Shown one piece after another: positions 10,364-20,242 of a DNA stretch of 64,000 nucleotides. The position numbers and the translations under genes were made by a program. Location of the stretch: NCBI GenBank assembly GCA_964615235.1, contig CAZTMK010000001.1:6987-70986 (forward strand), in the 5' to 3' direction. The first letter of the stretch is position 1; every line of letters begins with the position of its first letter. Source of the stretch: an uncultured Thermoplasmatales archaeon (GTDB lineage Archaea > Thermoplasmatota > E2 > DHVEG-1). A model generated the notes under the pieces. That model ran no database searches and had not been told where the DNA came from. It saw nothing but the letters and a program-made list of their open reading frames with translations.

Positions 10364-11635
10364 TGTTCTTTTTGTGATTATATCCCAACTAAATTGTTCA
10401 ATAGCCCTTTTCCTTGCATTCCGCCCCATCATCTCACTTTTTTCCCTAGAACCCAATACTTGTTTTATCCCCCAAGCAATGTCACTTGGATCATTTGGAT
10501 TTATGTGAATTCCGCATTGATCGGATCCGTTGCTAATAACTTGCTCTCTCATTCCGCTAATACCTCTTGCACCAACAACGACAGGTTTTTCCATTGCCAT
10601 TGCCTCGGTACAAACAATTCCAAAAGGTTCATATAAAGATGGAAGAACAACTGAATCAGCAGCAGCAAAATGAAGGATTCTTTCTTCTTCCGAAACAAAT
10701 TCGGATTTAATAATAACGTTATTTGTTAGTTCATATTCTTTTATAAGGTCTCTTAGTTTTTCTTCTAATCCACCAACACCCAAAATTAATAACTTTGTAT
10801 TTGGAAATTCGCTAATCACACTAGGCATTGCCCTTACTAAATTCTCAGATCCTTTTACTTTGACCAATCTTCCAATGAAAAACAATAAATGCTGATCTTC
10901 AGGTACACCATAACTTCTTCTTAGTTGCGTTATTTTCTCATCTGGAATATTTGAAGGATTATACTTTTCTGTATCAATACCGTTCCAGCATACTCTTATC
11001 TTATCTTTTGGAAAGCCTAAATTGCTAAGTTCGTCTTTCATTGTGTATGAAACTGTAACAATGCAATCAGCTTCTCTACCGCCCTCTAATTCAATAGATT
11101 TTATAGTTTTTGAACCCCCGCCATTTGATCTACCTGTTTCAGTTGAATGGACGTGAAATATCAACGGAATTTTAAGCTCCTTTTTCGCTGCAATTCCTCC
11201 AAGAATGCCTAACCAGTCATGTCCATCAATAATGTCAAAGGTCTTACCGTTTTTCCTTACCAAACAATCAACAAGTTGCGAAGCTGAAAATAAATTATAA
11301 TTTATAACATCTGCAAAATAAGAAAAATTTGTTCCCCACGAACGTAAATCGTCATTTGAAAATAGATAAAAATTTGAGGAAAAATTGGGAGTTACTGGAC
11401 GATAAATCTCTATTCCATCATATTTATCAAATGTTTGAAGTTTATTTTGATAGTTTACTGCAAAAACTGTTACTTTGTTACCTAAACTTGCCTGCTTTTT
11501 TGTAATCTCTGTAGCAAATGTACCTAATCCTCCCCATATAGCTGGTGGAAATTCCCATGAAAAATGAGCGATTTTCAATGCCTTTTCTGATTGAAGATTT
11601 ACGTTTGATCTGTTGTCTTGCATCCCTGGAACCAT
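10334..11635 (-). CDS. Glycogen-synthase-like glycosyltransferase (GT4/GT5 fold)
   Basis: N-terminal FSWEFPP..GGLG motif as in archaeal GlgA, and the C-terminal GT4 E-x7-E region YEPFGIVCTEAMAMEKP. Confidence 0.5.
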   Translation of the reverse strand: MVPGMQDNRSNVNLQSEKALKIAHFSWEFPPAIWGGLGTFATEITKKQASLGNKVTVFAVNYQNKLQTFDKYDGIEIYRPVTPNFSSNFYLFSNDDLRSWGTNFSYFADVINYNLFSASQLVDCLVRKNGKTFDIIDGHDWLGILGGIAAKKELKIPLIFHVHSTETGRSNGGGSKTIKSIELEGGREADCIVTVSYTMKDELSNLGFPKDKIRVCWNGIDTEKYNPSNIPDEKITQLRRSYGVPEDQHLLFFIGRLVKVKGSENLVRAMPSVISEFPNTKLLILGVGGLEEKLRDLIKEYELTNNVIIKSEFVSEEERILHFAAADSVVLPSLYEPFGIVCTEAMAMEKPVVVGARGISGMREQVISNGSDQCGIHINPNDPSDIAWGIKQVLGSREKSEMMGRNARKRAIEQFSWDIITKRTLDIYKEFLT

Positions 11636-11734
11636 AGGATCGAATGGTATTTCTTATTAATAAAATAAACGGCGACGGCGGTTATCATAGAAAAGCACTT
11701 CTATTAATTTTCCATTTATGTATTTGACAGATTC

Positions 11735-12799
11735 ATGAAAAATGAAATTATTGAGGAATTATTAGAAAAGCTTGAATTAATCGAAAAAGAAAAATTAGAA
11801 GAAATAAGAGTGACACTTATGCCCGATTTTTTTGTAGATCACTTTTTATTGTTTGAAAATTTTGAAAAAGATTTTTCTAGAATACAACATATCTACAAAC
11901 AAGGTGGAGGAAATGTCCCTGGTGTCGCACAACGAATTCACCAGGGTGGAAATGCTGCAAATACAGCACTTGCTCTATCCAAACTGGGACCTAAGGTTCA
12001 TTTAATCTGCAAAACCGATAAGCTTGGGAAACACTTACTTGAATTCTTTTTTAAAAATACAAATATCGATTTTTCTGGCGTCAAGACAGATGGTGAAATC
12101 GCAATTACTGCTGCTATGGAATTTGGAAAAAATCATAGTAACGTGTTAATTGGAGATACTGGCTCGGTTTCAAATTTTGACTTTGATGCACTTGATGAAT
12201 CTGATCTAAAAAATATTAAGGAATCGGAAATAACTGGTGTTTTAAACTGGTCCTTGAATAAATGTGGAACGTCTCTTGCAAAAAAAGTATTTGAGTTTGC
12301 AAAAAAAAATCATGTAAAAACATTTATGGATACAGGTGATCCTTCACATCGAAAAGAGGAAATTCCTGATCTAATCAAAAATGTAGTTTCTGATATAAAC
12401 TTGGATATTTTTGGAATAAACGAAAACGAGTTGATGCATTATACAAAAGAGATTCCAACAAATTCCATTCAGCTTCAAATAGATATGGCAAAAAAATTAA
12501 AAAAATCTATAAATGCAAGGGTCGATCTGCACACTGCCTCGTTTTCCTGCACAGTTGATGAAAAATGTACTGTTATACCAACTATGAAATTTTCAAACAT
12601 ATATAAAGCTACAGGTGCAGGAGACACCTGGAATGCTGGAAATATATTTGGGGAACTGGTCGGACTAAATACGGGTGAAAGGCTTTTTTTTGCTAATATG
12701 CTTGCTGGTCACTATATCTCTTCCCCTATCACGTCTCATTTGAACTTAGAGGAAATTAAAACATTTATTAGAAAAAAAATGAATGATATAATTTATTAA
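11735..12799 (+). CDS. PfkB/ribokinase-family carbohydrate kinase
   Basis: GGNAAN motif near the N-terminus and the PfkB signature ATGAGDTWNAG near the C-terminus. Confidence 0.5.
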   Translation: MKNEIIEELLEKLELIEKEKLEEIRVTLMPDFFVDHFLLFENFEKDFSRIQHIYKQGGGNVPGVAQRIHQGGNAANTALALSKLGPKVHLICKTDKLGKHLLEFFFKNTNIDFSGVKTDGEIAITAAMEFGKNHSNVLIGDTGSVSNFDFDALDESDLKNIKESEITGVLNWSLNKCGTSLAKKVFEFAKKNHVKTFMDTGDPSHRKEEIPDLIKNVVSDINLDIFGINENELMHYTKEIPTNSIQLQIDMAKKLKKSINARVDLHTASFSCTVDEKCTVIPTMKFSNIYKATGAGDTWNAGNIFGELVGLNTGERLFFANMLAGHYISSPITSHLNLEEIKTFIRKKMNDIIY

Positions 12800-12922
12800 G
12801 TTCAATACAAATATTTTTAAAAAACAACATTTTTATGCTTTTAAAATATTACGACATGGGAAATTATATTTGCCAAGCCCTTTAAAGAACGGTAGGGAGG
12901 TTTAGTTATAAATCAAAAAAGA

Positions 12923-14323
12923 TTGATATTAGTCACAAATAGGGAGCCTTATTTTCATGAAAAAACTAAGAAGGGCATTGTTTGTAAAAAATCCGTTGGT
13001 GGAGTTGTATCTGCAATTGATCCACTAATGCAGGAAAGAGGAGGCATCTGGATTGCTTGGGGGAGTGGTAGTGAAGACTACACAGTATGCAATTCAAATG
13101 ATGAAGTACTAGTTCCTGAAGAAAACCCAAAATACATTTTAAAAAGAATTAAGTTAACAAAAGACGAGATTGAAAATTATTATCGTGGATATTCAAATCG
13201 TGTGCTTTGGCCGCTATTTCACCTGTTTGTAGAAAAGATGCATATAAACGAAGATTACTGGAGATATTACCAAAAAGTAAATGAAAAATTTGCAAAAATA
13301 GTCACCGATTATTCAAAGGAGAGTGCTATGATATGGATTCACGATTATCATCTCATGCTTTTACCAGATTTCATCAGAAGAGAAATTCCAACGGCAAGAA
13401 TTGCATTTTTTTGGCACATTCCCTGGCCACCTTGGGAGATTTTTGATTCTTTACCGCAGCGTGATGAACTTTTGAATGGTATTCTAAAATCCGATTTGAT
13501 AGGGCTACATGCTAAATCATATGTAAGAAATTTTGCTGAGTGTGCAATGAGAAATAAAAATGTTAAAGTAGATACAAAAAAATGTATTGTTAAATATAAA
13601 AACAATAAAACAAAAGTTAAACAGTTCCCACTAGGAATAAGTTACAAAGATTTTGCACATTCGAGAGAATCATTAGAGGCGTCAAAAAATGCCCAAAATT
13701 TAAAAGAATTATACGAGGCAACACATCTAATATTAGGGATAGATAGACTAGATTACACAAAGGGGATATTAAATCGATTAAAAGCATTTGAAGCATTTTT
13801 AGAGAACAATCCAAAATATAAGAAAAAAGCAGTTTTTACTCAGATAGTTACACCAAGCCGTAGCGAAATTAAGGAATATAATGCCATGAAGAAGGAAATT
13901 GACGAGACTGTTGGCAAGATAAATGGCAGGTTTGGAACCGAAGAATGGACACCTATAAAGTACTTTTACAGAAAAATACCTCAACAATCTCTTTTAGAGC
14001 ATTATAAAGCAGCTGATGTTGGTCTACTCACACCACTTAGAGATGGTATGAATCTCGTGGCAAAAGAGTACATTGCAGCAAAGGAAGAGGATGGAGTTTT
14101 AATTTTAAGTGAATTTGCTGGTGCATCAGAGGATCTTGAAGAGGCAATCACTGTAAATCCATATGACATCAGGGCTACAGCCGATGCAATTAAAAAAGCC
14201 TTTGATATGCCACCAGAAGAAAAACAAAAACGATTTAATTCAATGAAAAAAAAGGTAAAAAAAAGAGATGCTAAGTGGTGGATCAAGAATTTCCTCAGAG
14301 AATGGGAAAAAATTTATGCTTAA
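12923..14323 (+). CDS. otsA: Trehalose-6-phosphate synthase (GT20)
   Basis: Matches OtsA over its full length (VSAIDPL, HDYHLMLLP, GIDRLDYTKGI, LREG-like C-terminus). Its stop overlaps the otsB start. Confidence 0.65.
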   Translation: MILVTNREPYFHEKTKKGIVCKKSVGGVVSAIDPLMQERGGIWIAWGSGSEDYTVCNSNDEVLVPEENPKYILKRIKLTKDEIENYYRGYSNRVLWPLFHLFVEKMHINEDYWRYYQKVNEKFAKIVTDYSKESAMIWIHDYHLMLLPDFIRREIPTARIAFFWHIPWPPWEIFDSLPQRDELLNGILKSDLIGLHAKSYVRNFAECAMRNKNVKVDTKKCIVKYKNNKTKVKQFPLGISYKDFAHSRESLEASKNAQNLKELYEATHLILGIDRLDYTKGILNRLKAFEAFLENNPKYKKKAVFTQIVTPSRSEIKEYNAMKKEIDETVGKINGRFGTEEWTPIKYFYRKIPQQSLLEHYKAADVGLLTPLRDGMNLVAKEYIAAKEEDGVLILSEFAGASEDLEEAITVNPYDIRATADAIKKAFDMPPEEKQKRFNSMKKKVKKRDAKWWIKNFLREWEKIYA

Positions 14324-15134
14324 CTATCTTTTTGATGAATTAGAAACGATATTTAAATCAATAAAGGAATTTGATTACATACTACTATTTCTGGACTATG
14401 ATGGAACACTAATTAATTTTGAGAGAAGGCCCCAGGATGTAAAAACTCCTCAACAGGTGAAACAGTTATTGACTCAGTTAAGCAAAAAACAGAAAGTTTC
14501 AATTTTTATTATCACTGGAAGGAGACTTGAAGAAATTGAGAATCTTGTTAATATAAATGGAATTAATTATGCTGCCCTTCACGGATTAATTGTTGAATTT
14601 TCAGATGGCACAAAGAGAAATTGGAATCCATCAAAATACGACCGAAAACTTATTGGAAATATCGTTAAAGATGCGCAAATCATTTTCAAAAATGAATCGG
14701 GTGTTTTAATAGAGGATAAGGGTTACACAGTTGCCTTTCATTACAGAATGGTTCCTAAAGACAAGAAAAACGAATTAATTGAATTGTTTTTAGATCTAGT
14801 TAGAAAAATTGATCAATCAAAAAAATTTGATGTTCTAAAAGGTGCTGAGGTAATAGAGATTAGACCGTCTAACTGGAACAAGGGAAAATTTGTTGAATTT
14901 ATTCTGGAAGATTTTAGTTCAAATGATAATGTTTTGCCGATATATATTGGAGACGACGTAACAGATGAAGATGCTTTTTCTATTCTATGTAATAAAGGCA
15001 TAACGATTTTTGTGAAAAACAACGTAAGCAGAGTTACCAAAGCTAGATATTGGGTAGATAATCCTGAGAAAGTATTAGAATTTTTGAAATTAATTTCCAA
15101 GAATGCTTTTGAAAAAAACACAATTATTAGATAG
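14316..15134 (+). CDS. otsB: Trehalose-6-phosphate phosphatase (HAD)
   Basis: FLDYDGTL DxDGT motif and the GDDVTDEDAF motif. The track ORF starts at 14268, but the internal ATG at 14316 gives an 8-nt overlap with the otsA stop, typical of translational coupling. Confidence 0.6.
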   Translation: MLNYLFDELETIFKSIKEFDYILLFLDYDGTLINFERRPQDVKTPQQVKQLLTQLSKKQKVSIFIITGRRLEEIENLVNINGINYAALHGLIVEFSDGTKRNWNPSKYDRKLIGNIVKDAQIIFKNESGVLIEDKGYTVAFHYRMVPKDKKNELIELFLDLVRKIDQSKKFDVLKGAEVIEIRPSNWNKGKFVEFILEDFSSNDNVLPIYIGDDVTDEDAFSILCNKGITIFVKNNVSRVTKARYWVDNPEKVLEFLKLISKNAFEKNTIIR

Positions 15135-15212
15135 AAATTCTTTAGTCTGTTCAATGTTAGCTTAAACTTATATATCAAAAAATTATATACGGAGGAAATC
15201 TCAAATACACCT

Positions 15213-16442
15213 GTGGAAACTATGGCAAATCTTTCTGTACTTTCTCTTGATAAATTTAGAGGCCTATTAGGAGATAAAACAATTGAAAAGATATACGATA
15301 GCGCCTCTCCTCTTTCCGAAAAAAGTGCTGTGCATATCAACTCAACTTATCAGGGTGGAGGAGTTGCAGAAATTTTAAACAGTCTTATCATCCTTATGAA
15401 TGACGCTGGAATAAAAACTGATTGGAGAGTTTTACACGGCAGTCATGATTTTTTTTCCGTTACTAAAAAATTTCACAATGCTATCCAAGGTGAGCGGATA
15501 CGTTTAACGGAATTAAAGAAGAAAACATACTATATCACCAATGTAAACAACGCCATATTTACACATTTAAATCATAATTTTGTAATTGTTCATGACCCTC
15601 AACCGTTGCCAATAATTACTTGTTATAAAAAACGACAGCCGTGGATTTGGAGATGCCATATTGACATTTCTGAACCAATGAAAGAATTATGGGATTATTT
15701 GAAAATGTTTATTGTTAAATATGACGCGATGGTTGTATCAATGAATAAGTTTCGGGAGCGCAATTTGCCTGATCATATTATTCCCCAGTTTATTATACGT
15801 CCCTCAATTAATCCACTTAACACAAAAAATGATTTGATTTCAGAGTCGACTATTTCCAGGTATTTGCAAAAAATGGGAATAACAACTGAAAAACCAATAA
15901 TTTCTCAGGTTTCACGATTTGATAAATGGAAAGACCCAAAGGGCATGGTTAAAATCTTTCGTTTGATAAAGAAAAAATTGGATTGTCAACTCGTGTTGAT
16001 GGGGTCAATGGCCGCAGATGATCCAGAGGGGCAAGAAATATTTGAACAGGTAGAGAAAGCGGTAGGTGAGGACAAAGACATACATCTAGTAATGAATGCG
16101 CCTGATATAGCTGTTAATGCTCTGCAAAGATCATCCAGTGTGGTAATTCAACGTTCCTTAAAGGAAGGATTTGCCATTACAGTAAGTGAAGCTTTATGGA
16201 AAGGTAAACCAGTAGTTGCCTCAAATGTAGGAGGTATTCCATCACAAGTTTTGGATAAAAAAAACGGCTATCTTCTGGATCCTATGGATTTACAAGGATT
16301 TGCAGATAGAATAATCCATTTAATTAAGCATCCAGAATTATCCAAAAAAATGGGCGAATTTGGAAAAGAACATGTTCGAAATAATTTCCTTATAACAAGG
16401 CATCTATTAGATTACATAAATCTACTAAAAAAGGTTGAATAA
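15213..16442 (+). CDS. GT4 glycosyltransferase, TreT-like (candidate trehalose glycosyltransferring synthase)
   Basis: About 410 aa GT4 fold with a GGVAE motif and a C-terminal E..E retaining-GT region. Sits immediately downstream of otsA-otsB. Confidence 0.4.
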   Translation: METMANLSVLSLDKFRGLLGDKTIEKIYDSASPLSEKSAVHINSTYQGGGVAEILNSLIILMNDAGIKTDWRVLHGSHDFFSVTKKFHNAIQGERIRLTELKKKTYYITNVNNAIFTHLNHNFVIVHDPQPLPIITCYKKRQPWIWRCHIDISEPMKELWDYLKMFIVKYDAMVVSMNKFRERNLPDHIIPQFIIRPSINPLNTKNDLISESTISRYLQKMGITTEKPIISQVSRFDKWKDPKGMVKIFRLIKKKLDCQLVLMGSMAADDPEGQEIFEQVEKAVGEDKDIHLVMNAPDIAVNALQRSSSVVIQRSLKEGFAITVSEALWKGKPVVASNVGGIPSQVLDKKNGYLLDPMDLQGFADRIIHLIKHPELSKKMGEFGKEHVRNNFLITRHLLDYINLLKKVE

Positions 16443-16457
16443 TAATTTTTTTAAAAA

Positions 16458-16703
16458 TTAAGGTTTTAATTCTTCCACTATTACTGCATTTTTTACTGTA
16501 GTTACTACATCAAATGGAAATAAAATATTTCCTTTTTCATCAATTTCATAAATTTTATTGATATATTCAGATGATGGTTCAACCAACAATTTAATAGGTT
16601 CTCCAGTTTGAATATCTTTCAAGGAATCTTTTACCGTGCCTATAAGCATGCCTACTTTATTCATAACCTTCTTTCCTATTAGATCATCCATTGAATCTTT
16701 CAT
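16458..16703 (-). CDS. PRC-barrel domain protein
   Basis: 81 aa; KVMNKVGMLIGTVKD resembles a PRC barrel. Confidence 0.35.
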   Translation of the reverse strand: MKDSMDDLIGKKVMNKVGMLIGTVKDSLKDIQTGEPIKLLVEPSSEYINKIYEIDEKGNILFPFDVVTTVKNAVIVEELKP

Positions 16704-16951
16704 AAAATTATTCCCTCATAATATTAAACATATCTTCATTTATAGTTTTAACGGCTTTTATTAAATCATATAGAAAAAATAATATCAATTTTCAATATTT
16801 ACATAATTGGGCATTTTAATAGATTAAAAACATTATAACATTGTTTTTATTTTTCTTATTTAAGTAACTTATATAACAACACTAAAAAAAATGAAAACTA
16901 TTATATGCAAAAAAATAACTACCGGAAGGTCTAAACTGATGGTGTAGGTTT

Positions 16952-17476
16952 ATGGCAAAGAGTAGTAAAAAACAGATTAGAGAAGACGAGCTGAAGGTTC
17001 TTAGCATTCTTCAAAAAAATGCTCGTGAAAGTGCTGACAGCATTGCTGAAAAATGTGGATTTTCACGTCAAAAAGCTTGGAGAATTATTAACAGATTGGA
17101 AGATAATAAAACCGTTTGGGGTTATGGAGCAATCGTCGACGGAGAAAAAATCGAAATGAAAGACTATCTAATTTTATTAAAGAAAACAAACGAACCTGTG
17201 CAGGATCTGGCCGACGTAATTATCTCAAGGGACATTGAAAAGAAATCGGAAGATTTGAACATAAATATAGAATCGAGCCATTATCTCCACGGTTTATATG
17301 ATTGGGCAATTGAATTTACCGCCAAAGATTTAAAACAAGCGAAGAAATTTACGGAGCTTTTAAATTCTATATACCGTAAATACATTCAGGAACTATTGTT
17401 AATCGAAAAAATTTTTTCAGTGAAAAAAAATGGAATTAACAATCCGGATATAAAGAAATTAAAGGAATTTGTCTAA
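16952..17476 (+). CDS. Lrp/AsnC-type HTH transcriptional regulator with C-terminal extension
   Basis: N-terminal AsnC-type HTH (LKVLSILQKNARESADSIAEKCGFSRQKAWRIINRLE). Confidence 0.45.
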   Translation: MAKSSKKQIREDELKVLSILQKNARESADSIAEKCGFSRQKAWRIINRLEDNKTVWGYGAIVDGEKIEMKDYLILLKKTNEPVQDLADVIISRDIEKKSEDLNINIESSHYLHGLYDWAIEFTAKDLKQAKKFTELLNSIYRKYIQELLLIEKIFSVKKNGINNPDIKKLKEFV

Positions 17477-17943
17477 AATTCAAGACAATATTTATTTGTA
17501 AATATAAAAATAAAATTTTACATATAATATTTTAAACAGTTAGAAAAAAAGATATTGTTGAAATATTTAGATTTTGAGAATTACTTATATTTTCATTTGG
17601 TTTGTTCTATTTCATCAAAGAATATTTTTGATAGAGATTCTACAAATTCCCTACTAAATTTTATTGAATTTACATCATTGAAAAATGATGGTTTATTATG
17701 CATACCCTTCTTTCCTCAATCAAAAAATATTGATTTCTTATTTAAAATTTGCTAATTAAAGTAATTAGAAATTATTTGTTGATTTGAAATTTTCTCCATT
17801 TAAAATTGATAATTAAATCCAACATTTACTTAATAAATATCAATAATTAATTTCCCAGCACACTAACAAAGAAAATTTTGCAAAAACCCGATTGTTAGAA
17901 ATAATTTAAGGGATTTGCCAAGGTATCACGATTGTTTTAATTA

Positions 17944-18531
17944 TTAACACATTATGTCATCACAACAAATTTTTATAATTTCTTCAATTTTTTTTGTTGC
18001 ATCAATTTTTAAAAATCTTTCATCAACTGACAAATCAAGATAATTTTTGTGAACTTTTTTTAGAAATGATACTTTTTCAAATGGAATTAAATCATTTCGA
18101 TGTTTAATCCTCGAAAGTGAAATTTCAGGATCAATTATGAAAAGAAATGTTCTGTCGGGAATTGGAATTTTGTTTGTGGAGATATCTTGTAGCCAACTGA
18201 TTGGTTTTTCGATAATGCCCGTTAACTGGGCCCCCTGATATGCATAAGTGGATTCTGCATACCGATCGCAAATTACAATTTTTCCTTTTTCAAGCCATTT
18301 TGTAATTTGTTTACCGTGAAGAATACGGTCTGCGATAAAAGTAAAAGATGTTACAAAGGGGTCTGCCCCTTCTTTTATATATTTTTGAACTTGTATTCCA
18401 ATTTCTGAATTTGTTGGTTCAAAAGTATGTATAACATCATATCCGTCTGATTTTAACTTCTTGTAAACTAGTTTTGATATAGTTGATTTACCCGAACCGT
18501 CAATCCCTTCAAATGTAATAAAATGTTTCAT
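17944..18531 (-). CDS. tmk: Thymidylate kinase
   Basis: P-loop FITFEGIDGSGKST; length and layout fit Tmk. Confidence 0.65.
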   Translation of the reverse strand: MKHFITFEGIDGSGKSTISKLVYKKLKSDGYDVIHTFEPTNSEIGIQVQKYIKEGADPFVTSFTFIADRILHGKQITKWLEKGKIVICDRYAESTYAYQGAQLTGIIEKPISWLQDISTNKIPIPDRTFLFIIDPEISLSRIKHRNDLIPFEKVSFLKKVHKNYLDLSVDERFLKIDATKKIEEIIKICCDDIMC

Positions 18532-18606
18532 TCATCACTCCAGCCCATTGGTTAAAACAAATTTTTATTAATAAAAATTATTAAAAATTCATCGAAATTC
18601 TGGTTT

Positions 18607-19641
18607 TTATTTGGAATTAATGTTTTGTTTCCATTTTGCTTTGTAATAACCAAGAGGGTGGTGCATTCTTTTACATAAGTCATCCATTTCATCCTGTGGG
18701 CAAATACCATAAGTCCGCATCTTTTCACAACCTGGCGCTGAATATGAAGTTGAAGAAGTAGCACCAGTAATATGCTCAATTTGATAACGAGTTTTTTCAT
18801 CCTCAAAATCTGGAGCACTACTGAATAATTTCAAGATATCGTTTGTATTTAACTTCAACGAATTAAGAAATGCAACTAACGCAAATCTACCCATATGTGG
18901 AACGTTTTCTCCAGATTGGATATCCCTAAGTATAGATTTCATACATGGTGGAAGTTTTTCTAGATCAACTTTACCCATAGGTGTAGTTTCTATTTTCTTT
19001 CTATGTTTTGATACCAAATTTTTAAATCTACTAATATCAGAATAAAATGTTCGAGCGATTCTTCCTTCACAAATTCTCGAATCGAGTTCATTATTAATTC
19101 TTTCTCTTAAAGCTTCTTGGATTAATCGTGCTAATTCTTTTTGTGATATTGATATATATCCATTTTTCATTACCCTATTTACCATTTTCCATTCTTTATA
19201 TCTAGTTGGTGCATGATGCAAATAATTTGTAAAGTAAATTCCAAATTTTTGTGTTTCATCATAAAATTTTAAATCAAGTTTAAATTCTTTTGATATACTA
19301 TGAAGAAAATCAGGAGTTTCATTGATCAATTGTTTATATGCATGGATTGCTTCCCCCAACGCATATCTTCTAGTAAAATAGACATCTGAAATACAAACTG
19401 AAATCATTCTCGCAATAGGATATGAAAGTATTTCCATGATACAATCTGTTTCAGTCACAAGTTTTCTATTTCCAACATCCCTATTTTTAAAAGCTCCATC
19501 AAGACGTTGGATTCCGATTAATCTTGCACGTTCATAAAGCGGGTCATCCATAATTTCTTCGACAGAAAGTAAATTATCTTTCACATAATTTTTTGATTCG
19601 TTTAAGAATGGATACTTAGCAATGACTGTTAAATCCACCAT
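18607..19641 (-). CDS. priL: DNA primase large subunit PriL
   Basis: Length and conserved C-terminal Fe-S cysteines (PPCMKS..., CPQDEMDDLCKRMHHP). Confidence 0.5.
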   Translation of the reverse strand: MVDLTVIAKYPFLNESKNYVKDNLLSVEEIMDDPLYERARLIGIQRLDGAFKNRDVGNRKLVTETDCIMEILSYPIARMISVCISDVYFTRRYALGEAIHAYKQLINETPDFLHSISKEFKLDLKFYDETQKFGIYFTNYLHHAPTRYKEWKMVNRVMKNGYISISQKELARLIQEALRERINNELDSRICEGRIARTFYSDISRFKNLVSKHRKKIETTPMGKVDLEKLPPCMKSILRDIQSGENVPHMGRFALVAFLNSLKLNTNDILKLFSSAPDFEDEKTRYQIEHITGATSSTSYSAPGCEKMRTYGICPQDEMDDLCKRMHHPLGYYKAKWKQNINSK

Positions 19642-19781
19642 GTCTTATTTTCGTAATTAACATACCGACCTTAATGAATTTTACTCCTTCTTTAATTTTA
19701 CATTTTGTTATATTTACACGATAGATATTTAAACAAATATTGATAGATATTAACGTGGTATTGTGAGTCTAGGTGATTGGG

Positions 19782-19946
19782 ATGAGAGTAAAAAAATCTG
19801 ATCATGGATGCACTCTTAAAAATTATGAAAAAGAATGTGAAATAATAACTGAAGAGGAAATAGATTTTATTTTCCCAAAAAATGAATTTAATAAAGAATT
19901 ATATAATTTCTGGAGATCAATGGTAGACGGCGAAGAAATAGAATAA
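19782..19946 (+). CDS. Small acidic hypothetical protein (54 aa)
   Basis: ATG lies 5 nt downstream of a GGTGA Shine-Dalgarno-like motif. Not in the track because it is shorter than 60 aa. Confidence 0.25.
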   Translation: MRVKKSDHGCTLKNYEKECEIITEEEIDFIFPKNEFNKELYNFWRSMVDGEEIE

Positions 19947-19963
19947 AGCCTCATAATTTTAAG

Positions 19964-19980
19964 CAGTAGAATTTATATTA
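19964..19980 (+). promoter_or_regulatory. BRE/TATA-like promoter for tRNA-Met
   Basis: A purine-rich AGTAGAA followed by TTTATATTA is centred about 26 nt upstream of the tRNA 5' end. Confidence 0.45.
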
Positions 19981-20001
19981 TAAGCTACGTTGCCTGTGTA
20001 G

Positions 20002-20075
20002 GGGCTCGTAGCTTAGTCTGGTGGAGCGACTGGCTCATAACCAGTTGGTCGCAGGTTCAAATCCTGCCGGGCCCA
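20002..20075 (+). tRNA. tRNA-Met (anticodon CAT), elongator type; possibly tRNA-Ile2
   Basis: Hand-folded cloverleaf: acceptor stem GGGCTCG/CGGGCCC, anticodon stem ACTGG/CCAGT with loop CTCATAA, T-arm GCAGG-TTCAAAT-CCTGC, discriminator A, no encoded CCA. Confidence 0.8.
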
Positions 20076-20242
20076 TTTTCACTTTATTTTGATATCTTTG
20101 TCAAGATTGTAGAAAAACACAAAAATTCAAGTGAAGGATATAATTTTTCTAAAAATTATTTTAGTTAATTACTAACTTATTTTTAAATATTAAAAAATGT
20201 ATCTATTAACCAACATAGGGTGAAATAATAAAAGTTGAAATT

